A DNA stretch of 64,000 bases from Octopus bimaculoides (Eukaryota), in assembly GCF_001194135.2 (NCBI RefSeq), contig NC_068982.1, positions 30,288,966-30,352,965 of the forward strand, in the 5' to 3' direction. This document shows positions 37,467 through 50,706 of the stretch, piece by piece. The translations under genes were made by a program, and so were the position numbers. Within the stretch, counting starts at the first letter, position 1. Each line of letters opens with the position of its first letter. Below the pieces are notes generated by a model that worked only from the letters and a program-made list of their open reading frames with translations, was not told the DNA's origin and did no database searches.

Positions 37467-38819
37467 CATGTATCTGTCTATATGTAGCTAGCTAGCTGCC
37501 TATCTCTCTGTCTGCATGCCTACGTACGTATATGTATTTATGTATGTATATATAAACTAATCAGTTACAGGCACATTGTTTTGTTAAATTTTGGTCATGA
37601 AATATTTATAGAATTTTTGATATTCTCACGACTTTTGTAAAATCGAGGTAAACAGTTATCTTCTTTTTGGTTATTACTTGATTAAATTCCAACTTCTGTT
37701 GGCTTTCGTTCTTAGTGCTCATGTATTAAAGTAGTAGTAGTTGTTTTGGTGTTTATACCCAGCTTGAGATCAACTGAGCACATCTGAGTTTTGCTCACAT
37801 TTCGAGCAAGTTAAATGCTTCTAATGTTCACTTGTTTGTGTAAAATCCCCTGGAGTTAATGTGGCATTAAACCCAAATGGTGCTGGTACAGATGTCCTGT
37901 TTCAGTGATTATGCTACCCATGCTGGCATGAAACATGGACGCTAAATGATGATGATGATGATGATATAGTGTAACCTATGCCAGCATAGACAATGGATGT
38001 TATATGATGCTGAAAAAGATGATGAAGTAGTTTTCTGATTAGCAAGGTACTGTACTTGATAACATACAAAATGTACAGGCATATTAGAGACACTCCCATT
38101 TCAGCAGTATTTATCATCATCATCATTTAATGTCTACTTTCCATGCTGGCATGGGTTAGATGGCTTCACTGGAACTGGTAAACCAGAGTGCTGCACCAGG
38201 TTCCAGTCTATTTTGGATTGGTTTCTACAGCTTGATGCTCTTCCTAATGCCAACCACTTCATAGAGTGTACCAGGTGTCTTTTATGTATCACCAGTATGG
38301 GAAGCTCTCACGTGTCTCCAGCACTGGTGCCTTCTACGAGTCTCTGGCACAAGTGCCTCTTAATGTGTTTAGAGCATAAAAACATGTGATATAGGAAAAA
38401 CTTCACATAGAGGACCCAAGGCAAATTTTTGAAACATCCTTCTGGGAAAAAATAGTATGTCTTACATATTGATCAGTTATGTTAATCTGGTTTAAATATT
38501 TCATTGTCATACTTCTGTTGACAATGCACTGCTTTTGTTGCAGTTAATTTTGCTAGTAATAATGAATTTATTAAAATAATTTTATTGTAATAAATCTTGT
38601 GTTAATAGTAAATTTTATTGGATAGTTTTAACTGAGATCAACTTAAAGCAGAAAGTTCACATCATAAAACCAGGGTTAGTCTCAGGTGTGTTGTTATCAT
38701 AAGAGTTAAATGGAAAAAAATACAGTGGAGATCTTGCTTTCAAATGGAAGTGAAGATGGTGACTCAAATATGGTTAAATGCTTCTGAGTTTACTAATTTT
38801 TCATATAGTTTCTCAGTGC

Positions 38820-39223
38820 ATAGGAGTGGCTGTGTGGTAAGTAGCTTGCTTACCAACCACATGGTTCCATGTTCAGTCCCACTGCGTAGCACCTTGGGCA
38901 AGTGTCTTTTACTATAGCCTCGGGCCAACCAAAGCCTTGTGAGTGGATTTGGTAGATGGAAACTGAAAGAAGCCCGTCGTATATATGTATATGTATATAT
39001 ATGTATGTGTGTTTGTGTGTCTGTGTTTGTCCCCCCAACATCGCTTGACAACCGATGCTGGTGTGTTTACGTCCCCATAACTTAGCAGTTCGGCTAAAGA
39101 GACCGATAGAATAAGTACTAAGCTTACAAAGAATAAGTCTTGGGGTCGATTAGCTCGACTAAAAAGGTGGTGCTCCAGCATGGCCACAGTCAAATGACTG
39201 AAACAAGTAAAAGAGTAAAAGAG
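38820..39223 (+). mobile_element. SINE family A copy, full length and young-looking
   Basis: Complete head-to-tail match to the family pattern, ending gaaacaagtaaaagagtaaaagag. Confidence 0.9.
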
Positions 39224-39839
39224 TTCATGTTGTAAGTCAAATTTTTGCGCCTAGATAACTGAAATTTTGCATCAGGCACATCTTCTCAAGGAGCAAGTCA
39301 ATGGGTATGCGAATTTTTATGAAATTTGTTCTTTTTAGCTATTTGGCAGCGCAAAAGTTAAAAAAATCTAAGAATATTGTATATCCCCAAGCTCTGCAGT
39401 AGACACTGGAAAATGTTACTGATTAGAAAAATAATTCATTTAGACTAATTATGTAAATTAGTGTAGTTTTTGAAATACTGTACTAATTTTCCTAGAAAAT
39501 GCATAAAAAATGTACAAGTAAAATTTTATTTTAGGCTCTGCATTTCTGTTTTTTTCTGTTTTGATGGGTGAAGGATGGTCCATTATATGAAGTTCAATTT
39601 GAACTATCTTCTAAATGGCTTGGATGCAACAATCCTGAATAAATCAATATTTCCTTTCAATTGATTAGTATTAGCATTTTCATAAAGTAATTTAACTAAG
39701 ACTTAGTGCATTCAAATGGTTGTTTCAAGGTGAGTCGTTTATGCTGTGTACTTGTATTTTTTTTACCCCTGTTGTGACAGATAATTGCATGACTGTTAGT
39801 GGATAGGGTCTCCTTCTAGCCCCTACAGTGCAGGTTTAA

Positions 39840-40047
39840 CCCTTTAGCATTCAAATGTAAGGCTTTTTTATTCGCATTGTTTTGAATTAATCATGCATTA
39901 TCTCATAACAGTGAAATTTCAACAATGCAATTGTTTATTTTTAAAATGACTTTGTATGGTAGGTGTGAGAGGTTAGATCTGGCTAATCTGAACATAAAAC
40001 AAGCAGAATATTGTGGCTGGATATAGCCGGTTTAAATGCTACAGGGG
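39840..40047 (-). mobile_element. piggyBac-type MITE (family 1)
   Basis: TTAA-CCCTTTAGCATT ... AATGCTACAGGGG-TTAA; body shared with the copies at 25.2, 46.3, 47.5 and 52.6 kb. Confidence 0.8.
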
Positions 40048-40071
40048 TTAAACTTGTTAATTAAGTTGTTA

Positions 40072-40470
40072 TTATATTAAGAAATGGTCAGAAGGGAATT
40101 GAATGGTATACTGACCAACTACAAGTTGTATGCTTCGAAATTCTTTCATTCTCTTGATTTCCTGCAATTCAGACCACCTCATGGTCCTAGCAGACAAAAT
40201 GGAAAAAGGTGTTGCCTTGGAGAATGGCAAAGGAGGTGCACTAGAGCAGCCACCCTGACTCAAGGGGCTTGTGCTTGCAGACAAGCATTTCCTCCCTGAC
40301 AGCAGTGAGTAAGGATATGGTCTGGGAGCCAAGAATACCAGAGGGCTCCACTGCCACAGGTTCAACCATAAACCTGTCAGAGAGTGATTGATACCTTGAC
40401 AGTTTTCCTTTCCCAACCTGACAAGCAGTGGAGCCTGGGCTGCGATGCGCAATAGTAAAACAACATTCAT
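40072..40470 (-). other. non-repetitive GC-rich island with a 132-codon minus-strand ORF; possible exon(s)
   Basis: ORF track; minus acceptor ttttactattgcgcatcgcag; strong plus-strand splice pair also present. No homology recognised. Confidence 0.2.
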
Positions 40471-41237
40471 TGGTATGTTTTTACTTCTTTATGGGTATAC
40501 GTTGGGTCAGAAACAAAATTTATTCATGACATTCAGCACAGTATCAGGACAATGTTTTATTGCTGTAGACTCTCTTTAAATGGGTTGAAAAATTCCAAAA
40601 TTGCTATACAAATATTACATACCAAAGAACGTCCACACATCAAGCTGACAACAAAAACCAATATTTTCCATGAGATGGTTGTATTGAGCAGACTGGTAAC
40701 TATTGATAAACTAATAAATAAATATGAAACTTAGCTATGATTCTATTCACAAAATCATTCACATTGGACTTGACTTTAGTAAAGTTCATACTAGAGAAGT
40801 ACCAATTCAACTCACAGAATTACATAAATAGCATAGTTTATAATGTATGGACGATGTCCCGCTCTTTTGGTTGCAAAGCTAATACCTTCTGAGAGGAAAA
40901 TCACTTTTGCTAATGAGACATGGATACCAACACAATGGATTACCAACCAAAGTGTTAACGTCAGAGTATCGAATGGAAACATCAGCGTAGCTGTGTGTTA
41001 AGAAGTTTGCCTCTCAACTACTTGGCTCTGGGTTCACTCTCACTGCATGGCACTTCGGGCAAATGCTTTCTACTGTAACCTCAGGCCAACCAAAGCCTTG
41101 TGAGTGGATTTAGTAAATGACAAAAACTGAAGAAGCCTGTTGTGTATATATATATATATATATATNNNNNNNNNNNNNNNNNNNNNNNNNNNNNNNNNNN
41201 NNNNNNNNNNNNNNNNNNNNNNNNTATATATATGGGT

Positions 41238-41271
<34 letters not shown>

Positions 41272-43211
41272 CTGTGTCTCTTTGTGCCTTTGTTTGTCTC
41301 TTTGACAAATGGTGTTGATGTGTTTATGTCCTCGTGCTTGTTTATGTCCTCAAGCTAGGTATAAACACCAAAACAACTACTACTACTTTAATACATGAAC
41401 ACTAAGAACTATAGCCACACCAATTTGGACAGAATTGTTATTTTTATAAGAATGGGATGGTTCATATCTGAAAACAGCCTCAGGAGTTGTGAAGAATGAA
41501 TTTGTATGTAGTCTGTTTCTGAGAGCTATTCTATTGGACCTCTGTCTAATCATTAGAGCATTGATTTAATGATCTAGCATTAAGTGCTGCAACATGCATT
41601 TGCTGATCTTGAGAAAATCTCAACTAGCTTCTCTCTTCAGACTCTCGCCTTTGGTTTTCTACAATCCTCCTTGCTTTATACTTGTTTCTGGAGAGATTAC
41701 GTCTTTTCTTTGGTGGCATATTTTCCCCAATATTGTAAACAAAAATTATGAACATACAAAGAAATTATACATTGATCCCTATTTTTGTAAGCAGTTGTAT
41801 CCATAAAAATTTTATTTGAAGAAAGCAGAAATTGAAAGAAGAGAAAGTGAAAAGAACAGAGAAAGAAAGTGAAAGATGTATGTACGTCTATATGAAATGG
41901 ACGTGTGTGTGTGTGTGCGTGCATGCTTGCACGTGTGTATGTGATAGAGTAAGACGGTGAGAAAGAGAGATAGAGTGAAGGTGTGTGTCGTGATGATTGA
42001 TGTCTTTTAAGGTACACACGCATATAGAAAATGTGACGTCATCGTATAAAATGTTTATGAAAGTTAATTTATGAAAAAGATTATGTTAAATTTTTGGAAT
42101 GCAAATATATGAATGGAAATTAATTTGTTGCCAAAATAGTTCTGAATCTTTTGAAACCCCATACGTCAAAATCTGTAACTCGGTTTTGGAAAGCATAAGG
42201 AATATATAATATATAGGACAGTATCTTACTTAACAATACAGACGTAAGACCTGGTATAAATAGCAGCCAAATCTCCCTCAAAACAGCCTATGTCTTAATC
42301 CGACAATTCTGCCTATTATGTAGTTTGAGTGAGAAACTGTAACTAAAGATTAAGATTATTAATGCCGCAGAGACAGGAAAGAAGAGAGACAGCATAGCGA
42401 CAGTTTTGGCTGACTGTCATCTTGTACTCCCCTTGTTGCTAGTGAAATGGTATGTGCCGGCTGTCTGAGCAACTGGTTGTTTTAGTGGCAGAACCAACAG
42501 GACATTAAAGATTACAAAAATAGCGATTCTCGCTTTGAAATTAACGATTTTGAAAATCTTTTCAGATTACGGAGTGCCACGCTCTCTCATGTATCCATGC
42601 GTAAAATTTCAGCCCGATCGGATGAAGAATACTCGAGTTATAAGCGCGCAGACATATNNNNNNNNNNNNNNNNNNNNNNNNNNNNNNNNNNNNNNNNNNN
42701 NNNNNNNNNNNNNNNNNNNNNNNNNNNNNNNNNNNNNNNNNNNNNNATATATATGCAGATATATATATATATATATATGCAGATATCTATATCTATGTAT
42801 ATATGTATAATACACATACAGATACACACACACACACACATGAAAGTATGTATAAACATTTACAAACATATAATTCATATATTTCAGTAATGCATAGCTA
42901 AATAATTAGATTATTATATCTGGTCTGTTGAGATACTTGATACTTCTCATTTACATCAGCATTTTCTTTGTTAACATTTCCGGCTTTAGCAGGGGTAAAT
43001 ACATATAATAGAGACCATGTATTGATATCCTGTCACCTAACTACATCTGTAGAAAGACATGATGGGGAATTAAGGGATGCTATTTCTAGGAATATGCCAT
43101 ATGTACTGATATGCCATAGTACTGTTATGAAGAAACTAACATTGAATGTCTAAATATCTCTTGTTGCAAAACAATGCTTTTTGACCAGGTTATGTCGTGC
43201 AACCCCATGGT

Positions 43212-43251
<40 letters not shown>

Positions 43252-44332
43252 ACACACACTCTTTCTCACTTCAGTTTCTGTCTAGCAAAGCCATTCACAA
43301 GGCTTTAGTTGGCCTGTAGTCATAGTAGAAGACATTTGCTCAAGAAATCTGTAACCATACCAAAACAGGCCTTGCCAATGATGGTGCCGTGTAAAAAGCA
43401 CTCAGTCCAGTCTGTAAGGTGGTTGGTGTTAGGAAGGACATCCAGCTGTAGAAACTTTGCCAGATCAGATTGGAGCCTGGTGTAGCCTTCTTGCTCGCCA
43501 GCCCTTAGTGAAACCATCCAACCCATGCCAGTATGGAAAGTGGATGTTAAACAACGATGATGATGATGATTCATTCTTCTTGGCTTTTTTTCATGTCTGC
43601 ATTATGAGATGAAAATTTTACAAAGCTCCAGTCCACTCAGCTGGTAAAAATGAGTTGAACCTGTATTACAGAGCATCAGCCTTGTTACATTCTCTGTTGT
43701 GCTGAGTCTCCTTGAGAACTATATGGGTACACATGTCTGTGGAGTGCTCAGTCACTTTCATGTTAATTTGACTAGACAGCTGTTCCATTGGTTGGACCAA
43801 CTGGAACCCTTGTTGTCATAACCAATGGAGTGCCAGTATATGTATGTGTTTATGGAGACATATTATTAATTTGGTTGTTGAAATGTAGCTCAATTTGTTA
43901 TAGTTCATAACAGTTTTATTGGCAAAAGTTCTAAAGTTAGCACAAATCGAAATGTTTAAATTCAATAACATTTAGGAATAAATATCTATCTCTTACTCTC
44001 AAAAAGTTTGTTTCTGTATACAGTTTTTATTCTATAAACCATTTCTGTTTAATGTATCTTTTAGCATATCATGGTTCTTGTAAGCTGTTTCATCATCATC
44101 ATCATCATCATCATTATTATTAAGGCAGTGAGCTGGCAGAATTGTTAGCATGTTGGACGAAATGCTTAGCAGTATTTTGCCCGTCGCTGTCTCATGAGTT
44201 CTGCCGAGATCAACTTTACTTTTCATCCTTTCGGGGTTGATAAATTAAGTACCAGTTGAGTACGGGGGGGGGGGGGCATGTAATTGACTAGCCCCCTCCC
44301 CCAAATTTCAAACCTTATGCCTATAATAGAAA

Positions 44333-44369
<37 letters not shown>

Positions 44370-46039
44370 GTTGTTGTTGTTAGTATTACTATGCTCATCA
44401 TTATTACATTAGTAATGAGAATGTTCTATTGTTTCACATGTGGTCTTGTTACAAAGTTTGAGGTACTGTTGTATTATTAATATATATTGATCTCTTATAT
44501 CAATTTCCGTTTTCTTTTTTTTTTCTTATTTAAATCATTAATCATCATTTAGCATGTGTATTCGTTGCTTTCAGGTTGACACCAATTTAAATAAATACTC
44601 ACAAAGCAGGAACTCATTTGTATTTCAGATTAGGTAATTCTTATCAAATTAGAAGACTATCGCATATAACTAATAGTTGGTTCTGTGTGATTTGATCCAT
44701 GGCTTCATTTTAACGTTGGTATAACCAATCAATATTTTTGATTCAGTAAGCTGCCTCATATATCTGTCTGCTCATTTACTAGCCGTCTCTTTTAGAGATA
44801 ATATCCTCAACATTTCAAAAGTCATTGGTTCGGGTAAAATAAAACACTGTATTTTGATTTTGATTTTGATTTTTCAAATTATTACTACTGCTGGAGATTG
44901 GAAATAGATTCCACTTTTACAAGACTGACAGTGTTCAAGACCTTTTCATCCAATTGTCCCTTTCTTATATTTGTCTCCTTGTAAATACATGGTCATTGCA
45001 TTTTATGTATGATTCACATGTATTGGAAAGGATAGATGAAGAACCACACACATACACACACACACACATGCACAACTGGGCTTGTATTCATGTTTACCAG
45101 ATTATGGTTGAAAAGCTATGTTATTGGTGTCAAACTGTGCTTTTTAATTTCTCTTTTGCCTGCAGGTTTTTCTTTGCCAGCTTTATTGTTGCATTGATAA
45201 CTAGAGAAGCAAAATTCAAACAATTATGGCATATTGCATCTTGCAATTTTCTCTTTCATTGCAAGGTTTTCTTTTATGCTTGAAATCTTCAGATAATTCC
45301 CCTCTTCATTGGTTAGACATACGTGCAAACATATATTTGCAGGTAGAGGTGTAAGGCCACCTATACATCATATACATACTAGTAAGTAACTCTAGCTATA
45401 TATATCTGTGTATATATTCTCAGATATAGATGTGGATATTTGTATGTGTATAGATTTTGAATGTGATTATATGTACATAAACACATATATGTATATGTGT
45501 TTGTATATGTATGCAGGTTCATGTATGCTTGTATATGTATGGAGGTATGTATATAAAGTATGTCTGTTTGTGTATCTTCATGTACGCATGTGTGTATGTG
45601 CACATATATATTTAGACATGTATATGTGTGTGTGTGTGTATGTATATATATANNNNNNNNNNNNNNNNNNNNNNNNNNNNNNNNNNNNNNNNNNNNNNNN
45701 NNNNNNNNNNNNNNNNNNNNNNNNNNNNNNNNNNNNNNNNNNNNNNNNNNNNNNNNNNNNNNNNNNNNNNNNNNNNNNNNNNNNNNNNNNNNNNNNNNNN
45801 NNNNNNNNNNNNNNNNNNNNNNNNNNNNNNNNNNNNNNNNNNNNNNNNNNNNNNNNNNNNNNNNNNNNNNNNNNNNNNNNNNNNNNNNNNNNNNNNNNNN
45901 NNNNNNNNNNNNNNNNNNNNNNNNNNNNNNNNNNNNNNNNNNNNNNNNNNNNNNNNNNNNNNNNNNNNNNNNNNNNNNNNNNNNNNNNTGTGAATTGAAC
46001 AACTTCTGAGTAAACTTAGCAAAGACAAAAGTTTTACTT

Positions 46040-47450
46040 AGAATGAAAGGAGCCTGGGCTCTATTGCCATTTGTGGAATGGCTGTACTAATTTTAATGGA
46101 AAGAACCCAGCAGCCTGTTTTGCTTGTACAGATTATATGTGAACTGTGGGTGCACAAGAGATGCAATAATATTGCAGATGCACAGGAGTTGTTTACAGTA
46201 AAAATATCAACAAAATAAATTCTTTTAAATATTTGGTTGGTTTTCCTAGAATTAAGCCAAAGCTTTTTTTTTATACAGGTGATATCACCCTTCATTATTA
46301 ACCCTTTAGCATTTAAACTGACCATATCTGGGTAAAGTATTCTAGCTGTTTTATATTCAAAGTGGTCTGATCTGACCTCTCACAACTACCTAACAATGTC
46401 ATTTTAGAAATAAAGTCATGGCATCGAAATCTCAAAATTGTAAGTAAATATATGACTGATGCAAAACAATGTGGGTTAATAAGCATTGGATTTGGCAGAA
46501 AAATCTGAATGCTGAAGGGTTAAACCAACCATACCTGGACCAAATATTCTGCCTGTTTCATGTTCAAGCCTGCCAGATGCAGCCTCTCACATCTACCCTA
46601 CAAAGTCATTCTGAAAATAATCATGGCTGTGTTGTAAGAAGCTTGCTTCCCAACCACATGGTTCTGGGTTCAGTTCCACTGCCTGACACCTTGGGCAGGT
46701 GTCTTCTACTATAGCCCCTGGATGACCAAAACCTTGTGAGTGGATTTGGTTGACGGACACAAATCTTCGTGTCTGTGTTTGCACTCCCCATCACTGCTTG
46801 GCAACAAGTGCTGGTGTGTTTACGTCCTTATAACTTAGTGGTTCAGCAAAAGAGACCAATAGAAATGTATTAGGCTTAAGAAATAAGTCCTGGGGTCAAT
46901 TGTTTGACTGGAAACACTTCACAGTGATGCTCCAGCATGGCCACCGTCAGATGACTGAAACAAGTAAAACAGTTAAAGAAGCACATCATTGAAATCTTAA
47001 CGCTGCAAGATAATACAAGATTAATTCAAAACAATGTGAATGAATAAGCATTACATTTGAGTAATGTGAGTGCTAAGGGATTAAGTAACAGTGAAGGCAG
47101 GCGCTCTAAAAACATAGTAGCCAAGGTAAGAATGGAATGGAAAAATTTCAAGGAGTCATTACCCTTGCTGGCAACTAAGGGGTTTTGCTCTCCAAATGAA
47201 AAGTAGATGGTTTGTATGATGCTTGTACACAAAGTGTAATGTTGCAAGAATATTGAATGTGAAGGATGTACAAATGCTGGAAAGAAATGAATTAAGCATG
47301 CTTTGGTGGATATGTCGTGTTAGTGTGCTTGCATTATGACTGCAAATGAATAAAGAGAATAATTTTGATATATGTGAAATGTAATGTTGTGAGCAAAACA
47401 GAAGATTATGCTGGCATGGACATGCGATGTGATGTGTATGAAGCATAACA
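46040..47450 (+). mobile_element. fragmented RTE-type LINE ORF remnant, interrupted by MITE and SINE copies
   Basis: 46.04-46.2 kb encodes ICELWVHKRCNNI (PHD-like). 47.1-47.35 kb encodes AKVRMEWKNFKESLPLLATKG / LYDAC / LERNELSMLWWICRVS in shifted frames, matching recalled RTE C-terminal motifs. Confidence 0.65.
46302..46519 (+). mobile_element. piggyBac-type MITE (family 1)
   Basis: TTAA on both sides, CCC...GGG termini. Confidence 0.8.
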
Positions 47451-47459
47451 TTTGGTTAT

Positions 47460-47903
47460 CCTTTTAGCATTCAGTTTACTCTGTCAGATGTGATGCTTAT
47501 TTCTTCACATTGTTTTCAATTACCCCCTTAGCATTCAAAATGGCCATATCTGGCCCAAATATTCTATCTGTTCTCTGTTCAAACCAGACAGATCCAGCTT
47601 CTCACACCTACCCTACCATGTCATTCTAATAGTATGCAATAGCATCATTGAAACCCCAAAGCCATGAAAATTGTATATGACTATTTCAAAACAATGTGGT
47701 TAAATAAACATCACATTTGACAAAGTAATCTGAATGCTAGAGCTGATCATGTATTATCTTGTAGATTAGAGATTTTGATGATGTGGTTGTTTATTTTCAT
47801 AATGGCATTGTTAGGGTAGGTGTGATAGGCTAGATCTGGTTAGTTTGAATATGAAATGTGGAGAATATTTTGGCCTGATGTGGCTGGTTTAAATCCTAAA
47901 GGA
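47460..47903. mobile_element. family 1 MITE nested in inverted orientation inside another family 1 MITE
   Basis: Outer copy 47460-47521 plus 47743-47903; inner copy about 47522-47742, opposite orientation. Confidence 0.65.
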
Positions 47904-48993
47904 TTAAATAACAGCGAGTTCAATCCTCTGTGGGTAGAACTGGCATAAGTTAAAAGACCACGGAAGACATGTGAATAAGTGATGAAAACAACTCTCTCTC
48001 TCAAGCCACATATGGTGAGACACAGTAATGGACAACACCCATTCCATATCCATATATGGATATGGAAAAATGGATAATTAAATGTGTGGATATATAAATG
48101 TAGCTAGGATCTGGTGCACATGCTACCAGTGTGTCTTTATTTCATATTTGGCTGAGTTAAATTTTAAGATTATTCTACCTTTTGTCTCTATTGAGGGTAA
48201 TTTCCATTAACGCTAATGAATTTCCTTCTAATTACAGTTATAGTTTCAAATGTGCTGAAATTATTACTGATTCATTAAATCAAACATGGAACCATGCACT
48301 TAACTATGTGTATATATACATACATTTGTTCTTTTTTTTTGGGGGGGGGTCTTTTTTTTTAATTCTATTTCTTCACTGTTGGCAACATCATTATCTTGTA
48401 TCCTATAATATTCTCTGTTTTACCTTTCAGCTTGTCTCTTTTCCTTATTTTTCTCTCGCCTTCGTCCATATCTCTCCCTCATTGCATAGCATATTACTGG
48501 CAACATAACCTGACAATGTTCTGGTGGAGTACATCTCCTCTCATTAAAAACTTGTTGTCATCCAATCTCTCTTAGCCTATTTTCTAGTACCTGGGTAAGT
48601 CCCTATGAGAGTTAAGGAGTGGAAACACCAAGATTATTCAATGGCAAAACCAATGACAGAAACGAAATCATGCAATTTACGTGTTATGCCCACTGGATTA
48701 TATTGAAAACTATTGCATGAAGATCTCTTTGAAATCAGCAACAACTAACTTCAGAATCACACCTGCACATATTGTGTGCACATGAATGCATGGATGCATG
48801 TGTATACATGTATTTCCTTGCTTATGGTTGTCCATCAAATTTGATGATAGCGATTTTCATTTGTGGATCCTTTGACAATTTGCACATTGCAATTCTTGGC
48901 TCGCTTGCAGATGGGATACGGAAATATTTAGTTACAAGTTCTACTCTTAAATTCGTAGCCTTTTTCCTTGCTTCCTTGGGTTGCTTTGAATAT

Positions 48994-49410
48994 TACAAGA
49001 TGGTGCTGAAAAGTTCCTGGATGATTTGAGTATAAAAAAGAATACAAGAGGATCAGTTAATTATGATTTTATTCAACACGTTCCCCTGTCAGATGCACAC
49101 ACTTATAGCAGCAAGGCGACGAGCTGACAGAAACGTTAGCACACTGGGCGAAATGCTTAGTGGTATTTCGTCTGCCGCTACGTTCTGGGTTCAAATTTCG
49201 CCGAGGTCGACTTTCCCTTTCATCCTTTCGGGGTTGATTAAACAAGTACCAGTTACGCACTGGGGTCGATATAATTGACTTAATCCATTTGTCTGTCCTT
49301 GTTTGTCCCTTCTGTGTGTAGCCCCTTGAGGGTAGTAAAGAAATAACACACTTATAACAACACTCCTTCAGTTTTTTATAAACTCTGTAAAAGAACTCAG
49401 AAGGCCACCC
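48994..49410 (+). mobile_element. mariner-type MITE interrupted by a SINE (family D, 49113-49345)
   Basis: Left TIR ggtgctgaaaagttcctgg. 16-bp TSD acacacttatagcagc (49097-49112) / acacacttataacaac (49346-49361). Uninterrupted copy at 50500-50706. Confidence 0.85.
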
Positions 49411-50442
49411 CCTCATATAGTCTCCCTTATTAGCTACACTGTGGCATTAATGACTGTTATAAAGTTAGTCATGGTGATAGCAGTGTTCATAATGGTGTTG
49501 TTTGTAGGTGCAGCATCGACAGAACTGACAGTAAAAATAAGTTTATCATCAAGGTCATCATCAAGTATTGCGATGCATTGATTTCTTTTGACAGGGCACA
49601 AGGCCTAGATTTTATAATTGAGGATGGTTACAGTTGATAGATTCATATTTAGTATGTTACTGATAACTATTTTATTGATCATTGGTTGAATGGATCTTTG
49701 CTGCGATTTGCAATTGGAAAATAGCAGGATGAAACTAAATACTGCAAGTCATTAAGTTTGATACTATTCCTCCTAGCCTCATGGCTAAATTATTAATGCA
49801 TTTACAATTTCCTGCTGTTATTCGAGAATGAAATGGGGAGGAAGAAGAAGGAGGTGAGAGAGAGAAGGAAGGAAGCAGAATAACCCTTCCCCCACCCCTT
49901 AACAGTTCCATTCTAGAGCGTTTCAGCTTGTTGGACATTATTCACATCAACTCTTCTGTTTTGGTCTTGCAAATCTAATGCCCTCAAGCTGAAACTAATG
50001 AAAGAATAAAGCATCTGTCATAGATGTTTCAAATGAAAGCGTTAAGAAATGGTATTTGTGTAAGAGACTGAAAAATCAACTTTATTTCCTGGAGATAATC
50101 CTGTACATATAGCTTTTGGATGATTTTGTGGTGGACAAAAGATTATGGATAAAATTTGTCAAAATAAGTGCTTAGTTCTGTGTGTAAAGGAGCTTTTATT
50201 TTATTCTTTTTTTTTATGTCCATGTTTCAATGCTAGCATGAGTTAGACAGATGTATTATTGTTTTTATAGACAAATATTCGTTCTGGCACTAATCATTAC
50301 CTCCTATGCAAGCCAGGCAACTCATGTTCAGCACATCTTTGAAGGGCAAGGCCACTGAATGATTTAATCAGTAAACAAATACACACATAACACATGTGTA
50401 TTTGTACGTATGTATACATATATAAGCATGCTTGTGTTTATG

Positions 50443-50480
<38 letters not shown>

Positions 50481-50499
50481 CACACACTCATACACAAAG

Positions 50500-50706
50500 C
50501 GGTACTGAAGAGTTCCTGGGTTTGGGTAAAAGAAAACACAGGAGGATCAGTTTATTATGATTTTATTCAACATATTCCCCTCTCTGATTCACACACTTAT
50601 TGCAGCGGTCCTTCTGTTTTTCTAAGCCCTGTAAAAGAATTCAGAAGGTTGGGCCTCCAACCATGCCTTTTGTGATACCCTCAAAGCCAGAAACTTTTCA
50701 GCACCC
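50500..50706 (+). mobile_element. mariner-type MITE
   Basis: Imperfect TIRs cggtactgaagagttcctgggttt ... aaagccagaaacttttcagcaccc. Confidence 0.8.

Noticed and set aside
30660-45210. Possible upstream minus exons at about 45.2, 40.4, 36.7, 31.3 and 30.7 kb
   Set aside because: A phase-consistent path can be built, but only by choosing among weak donors and several open frames; too unconstrained to report.
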